A stretch of 64,000 nucleotides of DNA from an uncultured Actinomycetota bacterium (GTDB lineage: Bacteria > Actinomycetota > Actinomycetes > JAHEKZ01): contig CAWHIJ010000003.1 in the NCBI GenBank assembly GCA_963829525.1, positions 544,001 through 608,000 on the forward strand. The letters run 5' to 3'. How positions within the stretch are numbered: position 1 is the stretch's first letter; each line of letters begins with the position of its first letter. Both the position numbers and the translations under genes were made by a program. The notes under the pieces were generated by a model. It searched no databases. It was given only the letters and a program-made list of their open reading frames with translations, and was not told the origin of the DNA. Shown here in pieces: positions 18,672 through 30,131 of the stretch.

Positions 18672-18771
18672 GACGGTCCCTTCTGGATGGTTCGTTGCGG
18701 TGGCTTAGGGTCGCTTTTGCGCGACGCTTCAGTGTCCCGCACGACTACATAACCGCCACGAGGGGGTCCGG

Positions 18772-20145
18772 ATGCCGCGAGCCCGCTGGTGGGCGATCGG
18801 CGCCCTGTCCGTGGTCACCCTTCTGGTCGTGCTGCTCGATGTCACAGGGGTCATTTTCACCGAGGAGGCGCCGCCGCTCCCGCCTCCTGCAGTCGTCGTC
18901 CCCACGCTGGCGGACGCCGCCGATGCGGTACCCGCCGCGGTGGAGCCGGGACCTGTCGCTGCCGACCCTCGGGTGGTGCGCGCCGTCGAGCGAGCGTTGG
19001 AGTCTGATGCGCTGGGTACCTCGGTCCATGGCTCGGTGGCCCCGCTGGCTGGGCCGGCTGCTGCTTGGATCGACGTGGACGGTTCCGGGCAGGCCACACC
19101 CGCGTCCACACTCAAGCTTTGGACCGCTACGGCGGTGCTCGACGCCTACGAGCCGCACAGTCGGTTGGAGACGTCAGTTCTGTGGGACCCCGTTGACGAG
19201 CGTCTTGTGCTGGTCGGTGGGGGAGATGCCACTCTCACGACTGGTCCCGACCGTGCTGCAGACACCGCATCGCTGGCTGAGCTCGCCAAAGCCACGGTTC
19301 GAGTCCTGCGTCGCGAAGGTGTCACGTCCGTGCGGCTGGGATATGACGACGGGCTCTTCTCCGGCCCCGCGGTTTCGCCGGCGTGGGAGCCCACTTACGT
19401 CACCTCGGGTGTGATCGCGCCTGTCACTTCGTTGATGGCCGATCAGGGCAGAGTCACCCCCGATGGTGTCGCCCGGCTGCCCGACCCGGCGTCGGGCGCT
19501 GCTGAGAGCTTTGGGGCGTTGCTCGAAAGGGGTGGTGTCGCCATTCGGGGTGCGGTCAATCAGGTGGCATCCTCGAGCAGCGAACCGATCGCATCGGTGG
19601 TCTCGCCCCCCATGAACGACCTGGTCGAACGCATGCTGCGAGACAGTGACAACCAGCTCGCCGAGTCACTGGGTCGGATGGCGGCACTGGCGCAGGGCGA
19701 GCCGGGAAGCTTCGCCGGAGCGGTACGGGCACTTGAGCAGGCGGCTGCAGATCAGGGAGTCGATCTCGGCGCCTCCGACCTCTTTGACGCCAGCGGGCTC
19801 TCCCGCGAGGACACCTTGCCGCCCGAGTCGCTGGTCGAGGCCCTTCAATCAGCCAGTGCGGAGCCACAGCTGGCATCGATCCTCTCGGGCCTGGCCGTTG
19901 CCGGCTTTGACGGAACGCTGGCCGACCGATTCGTGCTGGGAGAGGCCGCCCAAGGAGCCGGCGTCGTACGCGCCAAGACCGGCACTCTCACCGGAATCTC
20001 AGCCGAAGCCGGTCTCGTGACCACGTGTGACGGCGGCCTTGTGGCGTACGCATTCATCGCTGACGAGGTCGTCGACACCGAGGCGGCCCGGGCTGCACTT
20101 GATGACGCTGCGGCGATCTTGGCCTCGTGCCGTGGGCAGCGCTGA
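18772..20145 (+). CDS. dacB: D-Ala-D-Ala carboxypeptidase/endopeptidase (peptidase S13)
   Basis: PASTLK, SDN and AKTGTL motifs; ppa-dacB-tilS synteny. Confidence 0.92.
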   Translation: MPRARWWAIGALSVVTLLVVLLDVTGVIFTEEAPPLPPPAVVVPTLADAADAVPAAVEPGPVAADPRVVRAVERALESDALGTSVHGSVAPLAGPAAAWIDVDGSGQATPASTLKLWTATAVLDAYEPHSRLETSVLWDPVDERLVLVGGGDATLTTGPDRAADTASLAELAKATVRVLRREGVTSVRLGYDDGLFSGPAVSPAWEPTYVTSGVIAPVTSLMADQGRVTPDGVARLPDPASGAAESFGALLERGGVAIRGAVNQVASSSSEPIASVVSPPMNDLVERMLRDSDNQLAESLGRMAALAQGEPGSFAGAVRALEQAAADQGVDLGASDLFDASGLSREDTLPPESLVEALQSASAEPQLASILSGLAVAGFDGTLADRFVLGEAAQGAGVVRAKTGTLTGISAEAGLVTTCDGGLVAYAFIADEVVDTEAARAALDDAAAILASCRGQR

Positions 20146-20167
20146 TGGCGCCCCGTACGGTAGAGCG

Positions 20168-21214
20168 ATGACTGAAGCATCCGCCGTCGACTGGGGTTTG
20201 GCGCGCACGGTTGCGCGCCGGGTGGGCGGCAACGGCCCGACGATCGGCCGCGAGGGTGCGCGGCAGGCTGTCGCAGAGCTGCGTTCGGGTGCCGAGCTTG
20301 CGGTAGATGTGGTGCGCGACCTCACTGGCTTGCACGCCGACGCGGCCCCCGACTCTGTGCGTGTGGTTGACCGCCCTCGTTGGGTCGATGCCAATGCAGC
20401 CTCGTTCGCGACCGTGCTTGAGCCACTGACACAGCGTTTGCGTCGTGATACCGCCGTCGGCGCCGTTGGCTCACGATTGGCCGGCGCTGAGATTGGTGCT
20501 GCCTTGGGATTCTTGTCGTCGCGCGTGCTCGGGCAGTACGAGCTCTTCACCGCGCCGGCCGCCGAACCCTCGCTGCTGCTCGTCGCGCCCAACATCGTCG
20601 ATGTAGAGCAGCGTCTGGGCGTGAACGGGTCTGACTTTCGCCTCTGGGTGTGTCTGCACGAAGAGACGCATCGCGTGCAGTTCACCGCAGTCCAATGGCT
20701 GGGGCCGTGGCTGCGCGAACAGATCCTCACTTCCCTGGATGGTCTGACGGACGAACCGGGTGATCTCGGGAAGCGGCTGCAGCAAGTCTTGGCAGCGGTG
20801 ATCGGCGCCTTGCGTGGGCTCGACGTCGTGAAGGCACTTGAGGAGCAGATGTCGGACGAAGACCGCGAGACTCTTGGGCGCCTCACCGCTGTCATGTCGC
20901 TGCTCGAAGGTCACGCGGACGTGATGATGGACGCCGTTGGTACAGATGTGATCCCCTCCGTCGAGGTTCTGCGACTCCGAGTGTCTGAGCGCCGCTCGAA
21001 CCCCAAGGCAACGGAAGCCTTCGTACGCCGGCTTCTGGGAATGGAGGCGAAGCTTGCGCAGTATCGGGACGGCGCTGCCTTCGTGCGGTCCGTGGTCGAC
21101 GACGTTGGCATGGACGGGTTCAATCTCATCTGGCAGTCGCCTGACCACTTGCCAACCCGAGACGAGCTGCATGCACCACATGACTGGGTCGCCCGGGTCG
21201 CGACAGCGTCATGA
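20168..21214 (+). CDS. Zinc-dependent metalloprotease (DUF2342/zincin)
   Basis: LHEETH and LLEGHAD motifs; conserved position between dacB and tilS. Confidence 0.88.
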   Translation: MTEASAVDWGLARTVARRVGGNGPTIGREGARQAVAELRSGAELAVDVVRDLTGLHADAAPDSVRVVDRPRWVDANAASFATVLEPLTQRLRRDTAVGAVGSRLAGAEIGAALGFLSSRVLGQYELFTAPAAEPSLLLVAPNIVDVEQRLGVNGSDFRLWVCLHEETHRVQFTAVQWLGPWLREQILTSLDGLTDEPGDLGKRLQQVLAAVIGALRGLDVVKALEEQMSDEDRETLGRLTAVMSLLEGHADVMMDAVGTDVIPSVEVLRLRVSERRSNPKATEAFVRRLLGMEAKLAQYRDGAAFVRSVVDDVGMDGFNLIWQSPDHLPTRDELHAPHDWVARVATAS

Positions 21215-22215
21215 GCGGGCCGCACCCGGCAGTCGCGCAGGTGCGACGTGCGGTGCGTGCAGCGCTGGCTGACATCGCCCCAGGTTCGTATGTGCTTGTT
21301 GCCGCCAGCGGCGGCGCAGACTCCATGGCATTGGCCGCGGCTACCACCTTCGAGTCGGGTTCGGGCGGATGGCGATGTGCGGCGGTAGTGGTTGACCATC
21401 AACTGCAAATGGAGTCGGGAGTGGTTGCGCGGCGGACCGCCGAAGTACTGACCGGACTGGGCTTCGAAACCGTTCGCGTCGAAGCTGTCCAGGTCGGGTC
21501 GCACGGTGGCCCCGAGGCCGCTGCACGCGCGGCGCGATATGCGGCGATCGATACGGCAGCTGATGAGCTCGATGCCGCTGCGGTACTTCTCGGGCATACC
21601 CGTGACGACCAGGCTGAATCGGTTCTGCTCGGGCTGACTCGCGGTTCTGGAGCGCGATCTATCAGTGGCATGGCACCCCTGCGGGGGCGTTACCGCCGTC
21701 CGCTGCTCGACGTCGACCGGGCGACGACGCGGGCAGCCTGTGGCGCCGAAGGGGTCGAGGTGTGGGATGACCCCCACAACGACGATCGCGCATTCACCCG
21801 GGTGCGGTTGCGTCATCAGGTGATGCCAGTCCTCGAGCGGGAGCTGGGTCCTGGTGTCTCTGTTTCCCTCGCGCGCACTGCTGAGCTGCTGCGCGAGGAC
21901 GACGCCGCGCTTGAACAGTGGGCTGACGAGGTGAGGGCTGCAGCGCGGTGTACAGACGACGAGGGCAAGGATGCTCTTGATGTGGAGGTGCTCGTCCGAG
22001 CCCCCGCGGCGGTACGGCGACGGGTCCTCCGCGCCGAGGCGCTCGACTCTGGTGTGTCAGGGGGAGACCTTCGGGCGTCCCAGCTGTCCGATATCGACGC
22101 GTTGGTGACCCGGTGGAAGGGGCAGGGCGCGGTCCACCTGCCGGGCGGTGTCCGCGCCACCCGAGACTGTGGCAGGCTCCAACTCGCGCCGCAGCAAGCG
22201 GCCGAGCGCCGGTAG
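21211..22215 (+). CDS. tilS: tRNA(Ile)-lysidine synthetase
   Basis: SGGADS PP-loop; GHTRDDQAE and RPLL motifs. Confidence 0.95.
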   Translation: MSGPHPAVAQVRRAVRAALADIAPGSYVLVAASGGADSMALAAATTFESGSGGWRCAAVVVDHQLQMESGVVARRTAEVLTGLGFETVRVEAVQVGSHGGPEAAARAARYAAIDTAADELDAAAVLLGHTRDDQAESVLLGLTRGSGARSISGMAPLRGRYRRPLLDVDRATTRAACGAEGVEVWDDPHNDDRAFTRVRLRHQVMPVLERELGPGVSVSLARTAELLREDDAALEQWADEVRAAARCTDDEGKDALDVEVLVRAPAAVRRRVLRAEALDSGVSGGDLRASQLSDIDALVTRWKGQGAVHLPGGVRATRDCGRLQLAPQQAAERR

Positions 22216-22230
22216 CGGGAAGGCGGCACC

Positions 22231-22809
22231 GTGGATGCCAACGACATGGGCGACGATCTCGCCGCTGTGCTGGTCGACGCCGACCGGATCCAGGTTCGGC
22301 TGCGCGAGCTGGCGGCGGAGATCGATCGCGACTACGCGGGGCGTGAACTGCTGCTTGTCGGCGTTCTGAAGGGAGCCGTGATGGTCATGGCCGACCTTGC
22401 CAGAGCGCTGCACACGCCGGTCGAGATGGACTGGATGGCGGTGTCCTCGTACGGGTCCGGCACCCGCTCGAGCGGTGTTGTGCGCATCATCAAGGATCTC
22501 GATGCCGATCTCACCGACCGGCATGTGCTCGTGGTCGAGGACATTGTGGACTCCGGCCTGACGCTGTCCTGGTTGCTGCGCAACCTCTCCTCACGCGGCC
22601 CAGCATCCCTCGAGGTCTGCACGCTTCTGCGTAAGCCGGACGCTCAGAAAGGTCAACGAGGCAAGGGAGGGCCAACGCCGGTGAAGTATGTAGGTTTCGA
22701 CATACCCCCAGAGTTCGTGGTGGGCTACGGGCTCGACTACGCCGAGAAGTACCGGTCGCTGCCATTCGTCGGCAGCCTCGCTCGCCATGTGTACCGCCCC
22801 GGAGGCTGA
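22231..22809 (+). CDS. hpt: Hypoxanthine phosphoribosyltransferase
   Basis: [16 protein letters not shown] and FVVGYGLDY motifs. Confidence 0.96.
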   Translation: MDANDMGDDLAAVLVDADRIQVRLRELAAEIDRDYAGRELLLVGVLKGAVMVMADLARALHTPVEMDWMAVSSYGSGTRSSGVVRIIKDLDADLTDRHVLVVEDIVDSGLTLSWLLRNLSSRGPASLEVCTLLRKPDAQKGQRGKGGPTPVKYVGFDIPPEFVVGYGLDYAEKYRSLPFVGSLARHVYRPGG

Positions 22810-22810
22810 T

Positions 22811-22824
22811 CGCTGGCGGCGAAC
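22811..22824. promoter_or_regulatory. ClgR-like box upstream of ftsH
   Basis: CGC-N5-GCGAAC (reverse complement of GTTCGC-N5-GCG); TACCGT -10 box at 22873-22878. Confidence 0.4.
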
Positions 22825-22933
22825 GCGGGGCCATCTGGCCTTCCTGTGGGCGCGCACTCAAGTGCGGCGGTGTACCGTCGAACTCCCAAGTCTTCCCCGG
22901 TAGCAGGAGGTCCAGGGCGCCTGCGCCCCCGCC

Positions 22934-24934
22934 ATGAACATCAAGCGTATCGTCCGCGGCCCGATTTTCTGGATCGTTGTGGTCGTCATGCTGGCCCTTG
23001 TCCTCGCCCAGGTGATGACTGCTGCCGGCGGCTACGAGAAGAAAGACACCTCAACGGTGATCGCCGCGATCCAGGACGGCGATGCTGCGCAGGTCACGCT
23101 GATCGACCTCGACCAGGAGGTCCGCGTCGAGCTGGCCAACGGCGACAAGATCAAGGCCAACTACATCGCCCAGCAGGGAGACCTGCTCGCTAAATTGGTG
23201 CAGGATGTGCCACCGCCCGACGGTCAGATCTCTGAGGTGCCGGCGCAGGGTTGGTTGGTGACACTGCTCTTCACCTTCGGTCCGATCATCTTGATCCTGG
23301 GGCTGCTGTTCTTCTTCATGACGCAGATGCAGGGCGGTGGCTCGAGAGTCATGAACTTCGGCAAGTCCAAGGCAAAGATGGTCAACAAGGACATGCCCAA
23401 GACCACCTTCAGCGATGTGGCCGGGGCCGACGAGGCCGTCGAGGAGCTCGAGGAGATCAAAGAGTTCCTGCAAGATCCGGCGAAGTTCCAGGCGGTTGGA
23501 GCCAAGATTCCCAAGGGGGTCCTTCTATATGGCCCGCCCGGGACCGGCAAGACGTTGCTGGCTCGCGCGGTTGCAGGGGAGGCGGGAGTTCCCTTCTACT
23601 CGATCTCCGGATCGGACTTCGTCGAGATGTTCGTTGGGGTGGGTGCCTCGCGCGTCCGGGACCTCTTTGAACAGGCTAAAGCCAACGCCCCCGCCATCGT
23701 CTTCGTCGACGAGATTGACGCGGTCGGGCGCCACCGCGGTGCTGGACTTGGTGGTGGCCACGATGAGCGGGAACAGACACTGAACCAGCTGCTCGTCGAG
23801 ATGGATGGGTTCGACGTCCAGGGCGGCGTCATCTTGATCGCCGCCACCAACCGCCCCGACATCCTCGACCCGGCGCTTCTGCGTCCAGGGCGGTTCGATC
23901 GTCAGATCGCCGTTGAGCGCCCCGACCTCGCCGGGCGCCAGCAGATCCTCGAAGTCCACGCCAAGGGCAAGCCGCTGGCTGAGGGCGTCGATCTCGTAGC
24001 CGTCGCGCGACGAACGCCTGGCTTCACCGGGGCTGACCTCGCCAACGTGCTCAACGAGGCGGCGTTGTTGACCGCGCGCGTTGGCAAGACGCTGGTCGAT
24101 GACGATGCACTCGATGAGGCGATTGACCGAGTTGTTGCTGGCCCGCAGAAGCGCACCCGCCTGATGAACGAGAAGGAAACGAAGATCACCGCCTACCACG
24201 AAGGTGGGCACGCACTGGTGGCGGCGGCTTTGAACAACACCGACCCGGTGCACAAGGTGACAATTCTTCCCCGTGGACGTGCCCTCGGCTACACGATGGT
24301 CCTCCCCACGGAAGACAAGTACTCCACCACAAGAAACGAGATGCTCGACAAGCTTGCCTACATGCTCGGTGGGCGCGCGGCCGAAGAGATGGTCTTCCAC
24401 GACCCGACCACGGGCGCGTCGAACGACATCGAGAAGGCCACACAGCTGGCCCGAGCGATGGTCATGCAGTACGGAATGAGTGACAAGGTGGGGGCCGTTC
24501 GCCTCGGTGAAGGTGAAGGCGAGATCTTCCTTGGGCGAGACATGGGTCACAAGCGTGACTACTCCGAGCAGATGGCCGAAGTGATCGACGGTGAGGTGCG
24601 CACGTTCCTCGAGACTGCGCACCAAGAGGCGTACGAGATCCTCAGTGAGAACCGCGACGTGCTCGACCGACTGGTTGTCGAGCTTCTCGACCGTGAGACT
24701 TTGGACCAGAGTGAGGTGGCAGAGATCTTCAGCGACCTCCACAAGCGTGACTACCGCGAGGTCTGGCTCTCGTCGACAGATCGTCCGGTGTCCGACCGTG
24801 GACCGGTGCGAAGCCGTAAGGAACTTGCCGGCGAGAACGGCCATGGTGCAGTGGGTTCGCCAAATGGCTCGACCGCTGGCGATGTCCCGGCGTCCGGTGG
24901 AATCGTGGGCGGCCAGTCCGAGTCGGACGGGTAG
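22934..24934 (+). CDS. ftsH: ATP-dependent zinc metalloprotease FtsH
   Basis: Two TM helices; [15 protein letters not shown] and HEGGH motifs. Confidence 0.98.
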   Translation: MNIKRIVRGPIFWIVVVVMLALVLAQVMTAAGGYEKKDTSTVIAAIQDGDAAQVTLIDLDQEVRVELANGDKIKANYIAQQGDLLAKLVQDVPPPDGQISEVPAQGWLVTLLFTFGPIILILGLLFFFMTQMQGGGSRVMNFGKSKAKMVNKDMPKTTFSDVAGADEAVEELEEIKEFLQDPAKFQAVGAKIPKGVLLYGPPGTGKTLLARAVAGEAGVPFYSISGSDFVEMFVGVGASRVRDLFEQAKANAPAIVFVDEIDAVGRHRGAGLGGGHDEREQTLNQLLVEMDGFDVQGGVILIAATNRPDILDPALLRPGRFDRQIAVERPDLAGRQQILEVHAKGKPLAEGVDLVAVARRTPGFTGADLANVLNEAALLTARVGKTLVDDDALDEAIDRVVAGPQKRTRLMNEKETKITAYHEGGHALVAAALNNTDPVHKVTILPRGRALGYTMVLPTEDKYSTTRNEMLDKLAYMLGGRAAEEMVFHDPTTGASNDIEKATQLARAMVMQYGMSDKVGAVRLGEGEGEIFLGRDMGHKRDYSEQMAEVIDGEVRTFLETAHQEAYEILSENRDVLDRLVVELLDRETLDQSEVAEIFSDLHKRDYREVWLSSTDRPVSDRGPVRSRKELAGENGHGAVGSPNGSTAGDVPASGGIVGGQSESDG

Positions 24935-24939
24935 GCGTC

Positions 24940-25551
24940 GTGGTCGATCCCATCGCGTTGTCCAGTGACGACGTGAGCGCGTTGCCTTTCGACCATGAGC
25001 GGGCCGCTGCTGCGATCCGCGAGCTGCTGTTTGCGATCGGTGAGAACCCTGAGCGTGAGGGGCTCCGGCAGACTCCGGATCGAGTGGCCAGGATGTATGC
25101 CGAGACCCTGGCCGGGTTGCGGCTCCGCGCTGAAGATGTCCTCACCACCACGTTCGACCTCGGCCATGACGAGATGGTGCTCGTCAAGGACATCGAGGTC
25201 TACTCACTCTGCGAGCACCACCTCGTGCCGTTCCACGGTGTGGCGCACGTCGGCTACATCCCGAGTGAGCAGGGCCACATCACGGGGCTGTCGAAGCTTG
25301 CGCGGCTCGTCGATGTCTTCGCCAAACGTCCGCAGGTGCAGGAACGTCTCACCACCCAGATCGCTGATTCGTTGCTCGAGATCCTCGAACCACAGGGCGT
25401 GATCGTGGTGCTTGAGTGCGAGCACCTTTGCATGTCGATGCGCGGCGTCCGCAAGCCGGGGGCGCGCACCGTCACCTCAGCAGTGCGCGGTCAGCTACGT
25501 GACACCGCCACCCGTGCAGAGGCGATGAGCCTCATCCTCGACTCTCGTTGA
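24940..25551 (+). CDS. folE: GTP cyclohydrolase I
   Basis: [22 protein letters not shown] and HLCMSMRG motifs. Confidence 0.97.
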   Translation: MVDPIALSSDDVSALPFDHERAAAAIRELLFAIGENPEREGLRQTPDRVARMYAETLAGLRLRAEDVLTTTFDLGHDEMVLVKDIEVYSLCEHHLVPFHGVAHVGYIPSEQGHITGLSKLARLVDVFAKRPQVQERLTTQIADSLLEILEPQGVIVVLECEHLCMSMRGVRKPGARTVTSAVRGQLRDTATRAEAMSLILDSR

Positions 25552-25591
25552 GGTCGGACACCGCTACCGGCGAGTCCTCTAGGCTCACAGA

Positions 25592-26458
25592 GTGCTCTCC
25601 CGTCCCGTCCCCGCCGGGCTGCCGCCATCGCTGGCTTCAGTTGGTCGCACGGTCGTGATGGCTGTCCTCAACGTGACGCCCGACTCTTTCTCTGACGGAG
25701 GTAGGTTTCTCAACTCCGATCGGGCCATCGAGCGAGGAATGCGCCAGGTCAAGTTGGGCGCGGACTTGATCGATGTCGGAGGGGAGTCGACTAGACCTGG
25801 CGCCAAGCGGATCTCAGAGGCAGAGGAGCTCAGCCGAGTAATTCCCGTCATCGAGACATTGGCTGGTGATGGAGTCTTCGTCTCGATCGACACCATGCGC
25901 GCCGGGGTAGCTCGTGCTGCGGTTGCCGCTGGGGCCATCCTGGTCAATGACGTCTCGGGGGGACTTGCGGACGACGCCATGCTGCCGTTCGTCGCCGAGG
26001 CTGGTGTCCCCGTCGTCCTGATGCACTGGAGGGGTCACAGTGACCAGATGCACTCAAGGGCCGAGTACCCAGGCGGGGTCGTTCGCGAGGTTGTCGACGA
26101 GCTCGTGGCGCGGCTGGCGGCGGCCGTTCAAGCGGGCGTGCCGGCCGATCGCGTCGTGCTGGACCCAGGACTCGGCTTCGCGAAAGAAGGAGAGCACAAC
26201 TGGGCGCTGCTGGGCTCGCTCGAGAGCCTGATCGAGTTGGGTCAGCCGGTGCTCGTTGGTGCCTCCCGGAAGAGGTTCCTCGGCGAGCTGCTCGGTGACG
26301 AGGACGGTCCTCGACCCTTGGACGAACGCGATGATGCAACGCTGGCAATCACCGCCCTGCTTGCGGCGGCTGGCGCCTGGTGTGTTCGCGTGCACGATGC
26401 GCGTGGCAACGTGGATGCGGTGCGAGTCGCTCAGGCGTGGGAAGCGGGTCAAGCGTGA
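25592..26458 (+). CDS. folP: Dihydropteroate synthase
   Basis: NVTPDSFSDGG, GGESTRPG, DPGLGF and SRKRF motifs. Confidence 0.97.
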   Translation: MLSRPVPAGLPPSLASVGRTVVMAVLNVTPDSFSDGGRFLNSDRAIERGMRQVKLGADLIDVGGESTRPGAKRISEAEELSRVIPVIETLAGDGVFVSIDTMRAGVARAAVAAGAILVNDVSGGLADDAMLPFVAEAGVPVVLMHWRGHSDQMHSRAEYPGGVVREVVDELVARLAAAVQAGVPADRVVLDPGLGFAKEGEHNWALLGSLESLIELGQPVLVGASRKRFLGELLGDEDGPRPLDERDDATLAITALLAAAGAWCVRVHDARGNVDAVRVAQAWEAGQA

Positions 26459-26883
26459 GTAACGATGTGGTTGGAGTTGAGGCGGCCAACGAAGAGCTTT
26501 ACGCGGCCTTCGAGGCGGGAGACCTCGACCGGATGACCGCGCTATGGGTAGGCGGACCCGATGGCGCCATGGCCAAGTGCATTCACCCAGGAGGGGCAAT
26601 CATCCGGGGTGCCGATGCGGTGCTGAGATCGTGGGCGCTGATCATGGCGAATGCCGACGACATGCAGTTCATCGTTACCGATGTCGAGTGCCTGGTGCAG
26701 GATGCAGTGGCCACGGTCAACTGCACCGAGATCATCATTCGGCCTGGCGACGGGAGAGACCCGTTCACCTCGAGCCACGCCGTTGCCACGAACGCCTTTA
26801 TCCGCGTCAACGACCAGTGGCGCATGTGGCTGCATCATGCGTCGCCTGTCATGGTTGACTCGGGACCAGGTGAGGACACATGA
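26455..26883 (+). CDS. SnoaL/NTF2-like family protein
   Basis: ANEELYAAFE..D, CIHPG and WLHHASP motifs; overlaps folP and folB by 4 nt. Confidence 0.85.
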   Translation: MSNDVVGVEAANEELYAAFEAGDLDRMTALWVGGPDGAMAKCIHPGGAIIRGADAVLRSWALIMANADDMQFIVTDVECLVQDAVATVNCTEIIIRPGDGRDPFTSSHAVATNAFIRVNDQWRMWLHHASPVMVDSGPGEDT

Positions 26884-27242
26884 GCCCGGACCGCATCGTC
26901 GTGCGGGGTATCGAGGCGTATGGCTACCACGGTGTCCTTCCCGAAGAGCGTCGTCAGGGGCAGCCGTTTGTCATCGACCTCGAGGTGTGCACCGACATGT
27001 CGGAGGCTGCTGGGTCTGACGATCTCGCGAAGACGATTGACTACGCGGCCCTGGCGAATGAAGCGGCGACCATCGTTCGGGGTGCGCCCAGAGACTTGAT
27101 CGAGACGGTGGCGGTCGAGATCGCCGAGCGAGTGCTGGCCCGTCAGCGAGTCATCTCTGTGCAGGTGACAGTGCACAAGCCCCAGGCCCCGGTAGGCGTC
27201 CCCTTCGCCGATGTCGCTGTCACGGTGGAGCGATTCAAGTGA
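26880..27242 (+). CDS. folB: Dihydroneopterin aldolase
   Basis: GYHGV..EE..GQPF, TIDY, LIE and HKP motifs. Confidence 0.96.
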   Translation: MSPDRIVVRGIEAYGYHGVLPEERRQGQPFVIDLEVCTDMSEAAGSDDLAKTIDYAALANEAATIVRGAPRDLIETVAVEIAERVLARQRVISVQVTVHKPQAPVGVPFADVAVTVERFK

Positions 27243-27739
27243 CTGCTCCCGTGCGCGCAGCGTTTGGACTCGGGTCAAACCTCGGTGACCGTCGCGCCCA
27301 TCTGCAGACGGCGATTGAGACTCTCCGCTCCGCACCCCAGATTGTCGTGCTCAAGGTGTCACCTTTTGTGGAGACCGACCCTGTGGGTGGACCCGAGCAG
27401 CCGGACTTCTTGAATGCAGTCGTCGTCGTCGATACGACCCTGCCACCTGCAGCGTTGCTTGATCTGGCGCATCAGTGCGAAAGTGCCGCCCATCGTGAGC
27501 GTGTCGAGCGTTGGGGCCCGAGAACCTTGGACGTGGATGTTCTGGCATACGGCGAACTGGTGTCCAACGACCCCAAGCTGACACTGCCTCATCCCCGGGC
27601 CACCGAGCGCGCCTTCGTCCTGGTGCCTTGGGCGGCCGTCGATCCTGAGTTCTTTGTCTCTGGTCGTTCGGTGGCTGAATGGGTCGTTGCCGTCGATACC
27701 AGCGTTGTCCGGCCGTTTGTGCTGGAGGGGGACGTCTGA
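27239..27739 (+). CDS. folK: 2-amino-4-hydroxy-6-hydroxymethyldihydropteridine diphosphokinase
   Basis: LGSNLGD, RWGPRTLDVD and LPHPR motifs. Confidence 0.96.
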   Translation: MTAPVRAAFGLGSNLGDRRAHLQTAIETLRSAPQIVVLKVSPFVETDPVGGPEQPDFLNAVVVVDTTLPPAALLDLAHQCESAAHRERVERWGPRTLDVDVLAYGELVSNDPKLTLPHPRATERAFVLVPWAAVDPEFFVSGRSVAEWVVAVDTSVVRPFVLEGDV

Positions 27740-28218
27740 TGCATCAGACGTCGTGGCGTCTCTTGGTGACCACTGGTGTGATCGGCTTCGCCGTCGGATT
27801 CCTTGGTGCACGGTTCTGGGATCTGTGGACCGGCTCGCCGCCCGCTGTCCCATGGGCCGCCCCGACGCTGCTGATGGTGCTTGCAGTCGGGTTCGCCGTC
27901 GCAGCGTGGGTGCTACGTCCACGGATCCAGCGCCGTGAGGGCCATCCACCGCTGAACCCCTTCGTTGCAGCGCGAACCGCAGTCCTGGCGATGGCTGGCT
28001 CCCGGGCTGGCGCCGCCGTCGCCGGTGTCTACCTTGGGTATGCGGGATTCTTGCTGCTCGACCTGGCCAACGACTACCGGCGCCGGATGGTGCTGATCGT
28101 CCTCTCGGCGGCCGTAGCCGGCGTCGCACTGGCCGCCGCTGCCCTGTGGCTTGAGCGGATTTGCCGGATAAAGGGTGACGATGATGAACAGGGTGGGCCA
28201 ACGTCAGCACCCGCTTGA
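27739..28218 (+). CDS. DUF3180 membrane protein
   Basis: Four TM helices; C-terminal WLERICR; typical position after folK. Confidence 0.85.
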   Translation: MHQTSWRLLVTTGVIGFAVGFLGARFWDLWTGSPPAVPWAAPTLLMVLAVGFAVAAWVLRPRIQRREGHPPLNPFVAARTAVLAMAGSRAGAAVAGVYLGYAGFLLLDLANDYRRRMVLIVLSAAVAGVALAAAALWLERICRIKGDDDEQGGPTSAPA

Positions 28219-28284
28219 TCGGCCGGTGGTGACCGAGAGTGTCAATCGCCAGTTCTGCTCACCCGTTCGGCGTACCCTGATGCC

Positions 28285-28923
28285 ATGTCACGAGGACGTC
28301 ATGCGCAGCCAGCGCCCCCCAGTTCCGACAAACCACTCCTTGGGCTTGCCCTGCTCATCGCGGCTGGGGTCGTCGTCTCGATTTGGGTCATCGACGACAC
28401 CTGGACGCTTCAGGTTGGCCTCACAGGAATCGTGGTCCTGGCGCTGGTCGGTCTCTGGGCCGCCGTACGCTCATCAACTCGCGCCATCGAACAACTGCGG
28501 CGCGAGACGCTGGAGCGGCGGCGCGACCTCGCCGAGACCCAGCGCGAGCTCGCCGAGTTGAAGACGCAGCATGTCGAGCTGCTCCTTGAGCTGCGCGCCG
28601 TACGTGACCAAGCAGCTCGCGTCGCTCAGGAAGCCGCCCAGGCAGCAGCTCAGCTGGCCAGCGACGATGCCGACCAGCGCGCGCTCATCCACCAGTTGAC
28701 GCAGCCGCGCCAGCCGGTCCTTGACCCGGTGTACCCGTCGCTGCACCTGCCGTTGGTACGGGCTGCTTTCTCGACCGAGCTCCCCAGCGGCCCGATCGCC
28801 ACGCCGCGTCCGGCGGCGCCCGGCCTGCAGCGCGAGTCGACGACCGGTGGAGAAGCCCATCCGCCGCGCCAGCTGCTCGACCTCACGGCCTCCGAGATTG
28901 CCAGGCTTCGCCCCGCCAACTGA
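28285..28923 (+). CDS. Membrane-anchored coiled-coil hypothetical protein
   Basis: MSRGRHA start; two TM helices then a coiled coil; TACCCT -10 box 6 nt before the ATG. Confidence 0.7.
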   Translation: MSRGRHAQPAPPSSDKPLLGLALLIAAGVVVSIWVIDDTWTLQVGLTGIVVLALVGLWAAVRSSTRAIEQLRRETLERRRDLAETQRELAELKTQHVELLLELRAVRDQAARVAQEAAQAAAQLASDDADQRALIHQLTQPRQPVLDPVYPSLHLPLVRAAFSTELPSGPIATPRPAAPGLQRESTTGGEAHPPRQLLDLTASEIARLRPAN

Positions 28924-28932
28924 GATGTGGGG

Positions 28933-30078
28933 TTACTTGTCGACGTCACCGACGACGAAGAACATCGAGCCAAGGATCGCCACCATGTCGGCGACCAGCT
29001 GCCCTGGGAGCATCTCGCCTAGTACCTGCACGTTGTTGAACGACGCCGAGCGCAGCTTGAGCCGGTACGGAGTCTTCTCGCCCCGTGACACCAGGAAGTA
29101 GCCGTTGAGCCCGAGCGGGTTCTCGGTCCACGCGTAGGTGTACCCCTCTGGGGCCTTGAGCACTTTGGGCAGGCGCAGGTTGATCGGCCCTTGTGGCAGT
29201 TGATCCAGCCGCTCGATGCACGCATCCACGAGGTCAAGAGAGACGTGGACCTGCTCGCGGAGGACGTCAAAGCGTGCGAAGCAGTCGCCCTCGGTGCGGG
29301 TTGGGACACGGAGGACATCCTGCAACTCGCCGTACGCGAGGTAGGGCTCGTCACGACGCAGGTCGATGTCGACACCGGACGCCCGCGCGATCGGTCCCGA
29401 GAGCCCGTACTGGTGAACCTGTTCCTGGGTCAGGACGCCGACCCCCTGCGTGCGCGCGGCGAAGATCTCGTTGCCGAAGACCAGGCTCTCCAGCTGCGGC
29501 AGTCGGTCACGCACGCCGGCGATGGCAGTACGTGCGCGGCCGAGCCAGCCGTTGGGGAGGTCCTCTTTGAGCCCGCCGACACGGTTGAACATGAAGTGCA
29601 TACGACCGCCGGAGATCTCCTCCATGACCTCCTGGATCGCCTCGCGCTCGCGGAACGCGTAGAACACCGGCGTGATCGCCCCGACTTCAAGGGGGTAGGA
29701 GCCGAGGAACATCAGGTGGTTGAGCAGGCGGTTGAGCTCGGCCAGCAGTGTGCGCGCCCAGACCGCACGCTCGGGCACCTCCATGCCGAGCATCCGCTCG
29801 ACGGCCAGCACTACTCCTAGCTCGTTGGAGAACGCGGACAACCAGTCGTGCCGGTTGGCGAGCATGATGATCTGCCGGTAGTCGCGCACCTCGAAGAGCT
29901 TCTCGGCCCCACGGTGCATGTAGCCGATGATCGGTTCGGCCGACACGATCCGTTCACCGTCCAGGACCAGCCGTAGGCGTAGGACGCCGTGGGTCGCCGG
30001 GTGCTGGGGACCGATATTGAGCACCATGTCGGTGGCGACGATTCCGCCCCCGGTGCTTATCACTCGCTCCTCGGTCAC
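28933..30078 (-). CDS. nuoD: Stand-alone NADH-quinone oxidoreductase subunit D-like protein
   Basis: [25 protein letters not shown] and GPIARASG motifs; ends GDVDK; no other nuo gene in the window. Confidence 0.88.
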   Translation of the reverse strand: MTEERVISTGGGIVATDMVLNIGPQHPATHGVLRLRLVLDGERIVSAEPIIGYMHRGAEKLFEVRDYRQIIMLANRHDWLSAFSNELGVVLAVERMLGMEVPERAVWARTLLAELNRLLNHLMFLGSYPLEVGAITPVFYAFREREAIQEVMEEISGGRMHFMFNRVGGLKEDLPNGWLGRARTAIAGVRDRLPQLESLVFGNEIFAARTQGVGVLTQEQVHQYGLSGPIARASGVDIDLRRDEPYLAYGELQDVLRVPTRTEGDCFARFDVLREQVHVSLDLVDACIERLDQLPQGPINLRLPKVLKAPEGYTYAWTENPLGLNGYFLVSRGEKTPYRLKLRSASFNNVQVLGEMLPGQLVADMVAILGSMFFVVGDVDK

Positions 30079-30131
30079 GGACCGATCCTTCCATGTCGGC
30101 CCTGCAACGTGCGGAAGGTATGTTGCCCAGC

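Noticed and set aside
23525-24844. Long antisense ORFs opposite ftsH, clpC, the P-type ATPase and the proline dehydrogenase gene
   Set aside because: Expected from codon bias in high-GC genes; no independent motifs.
28933-30078. NiFe-hydrogenase large subunit
   Set aside because: No N- or C-terminal CxxC motifs and no maturation genes.
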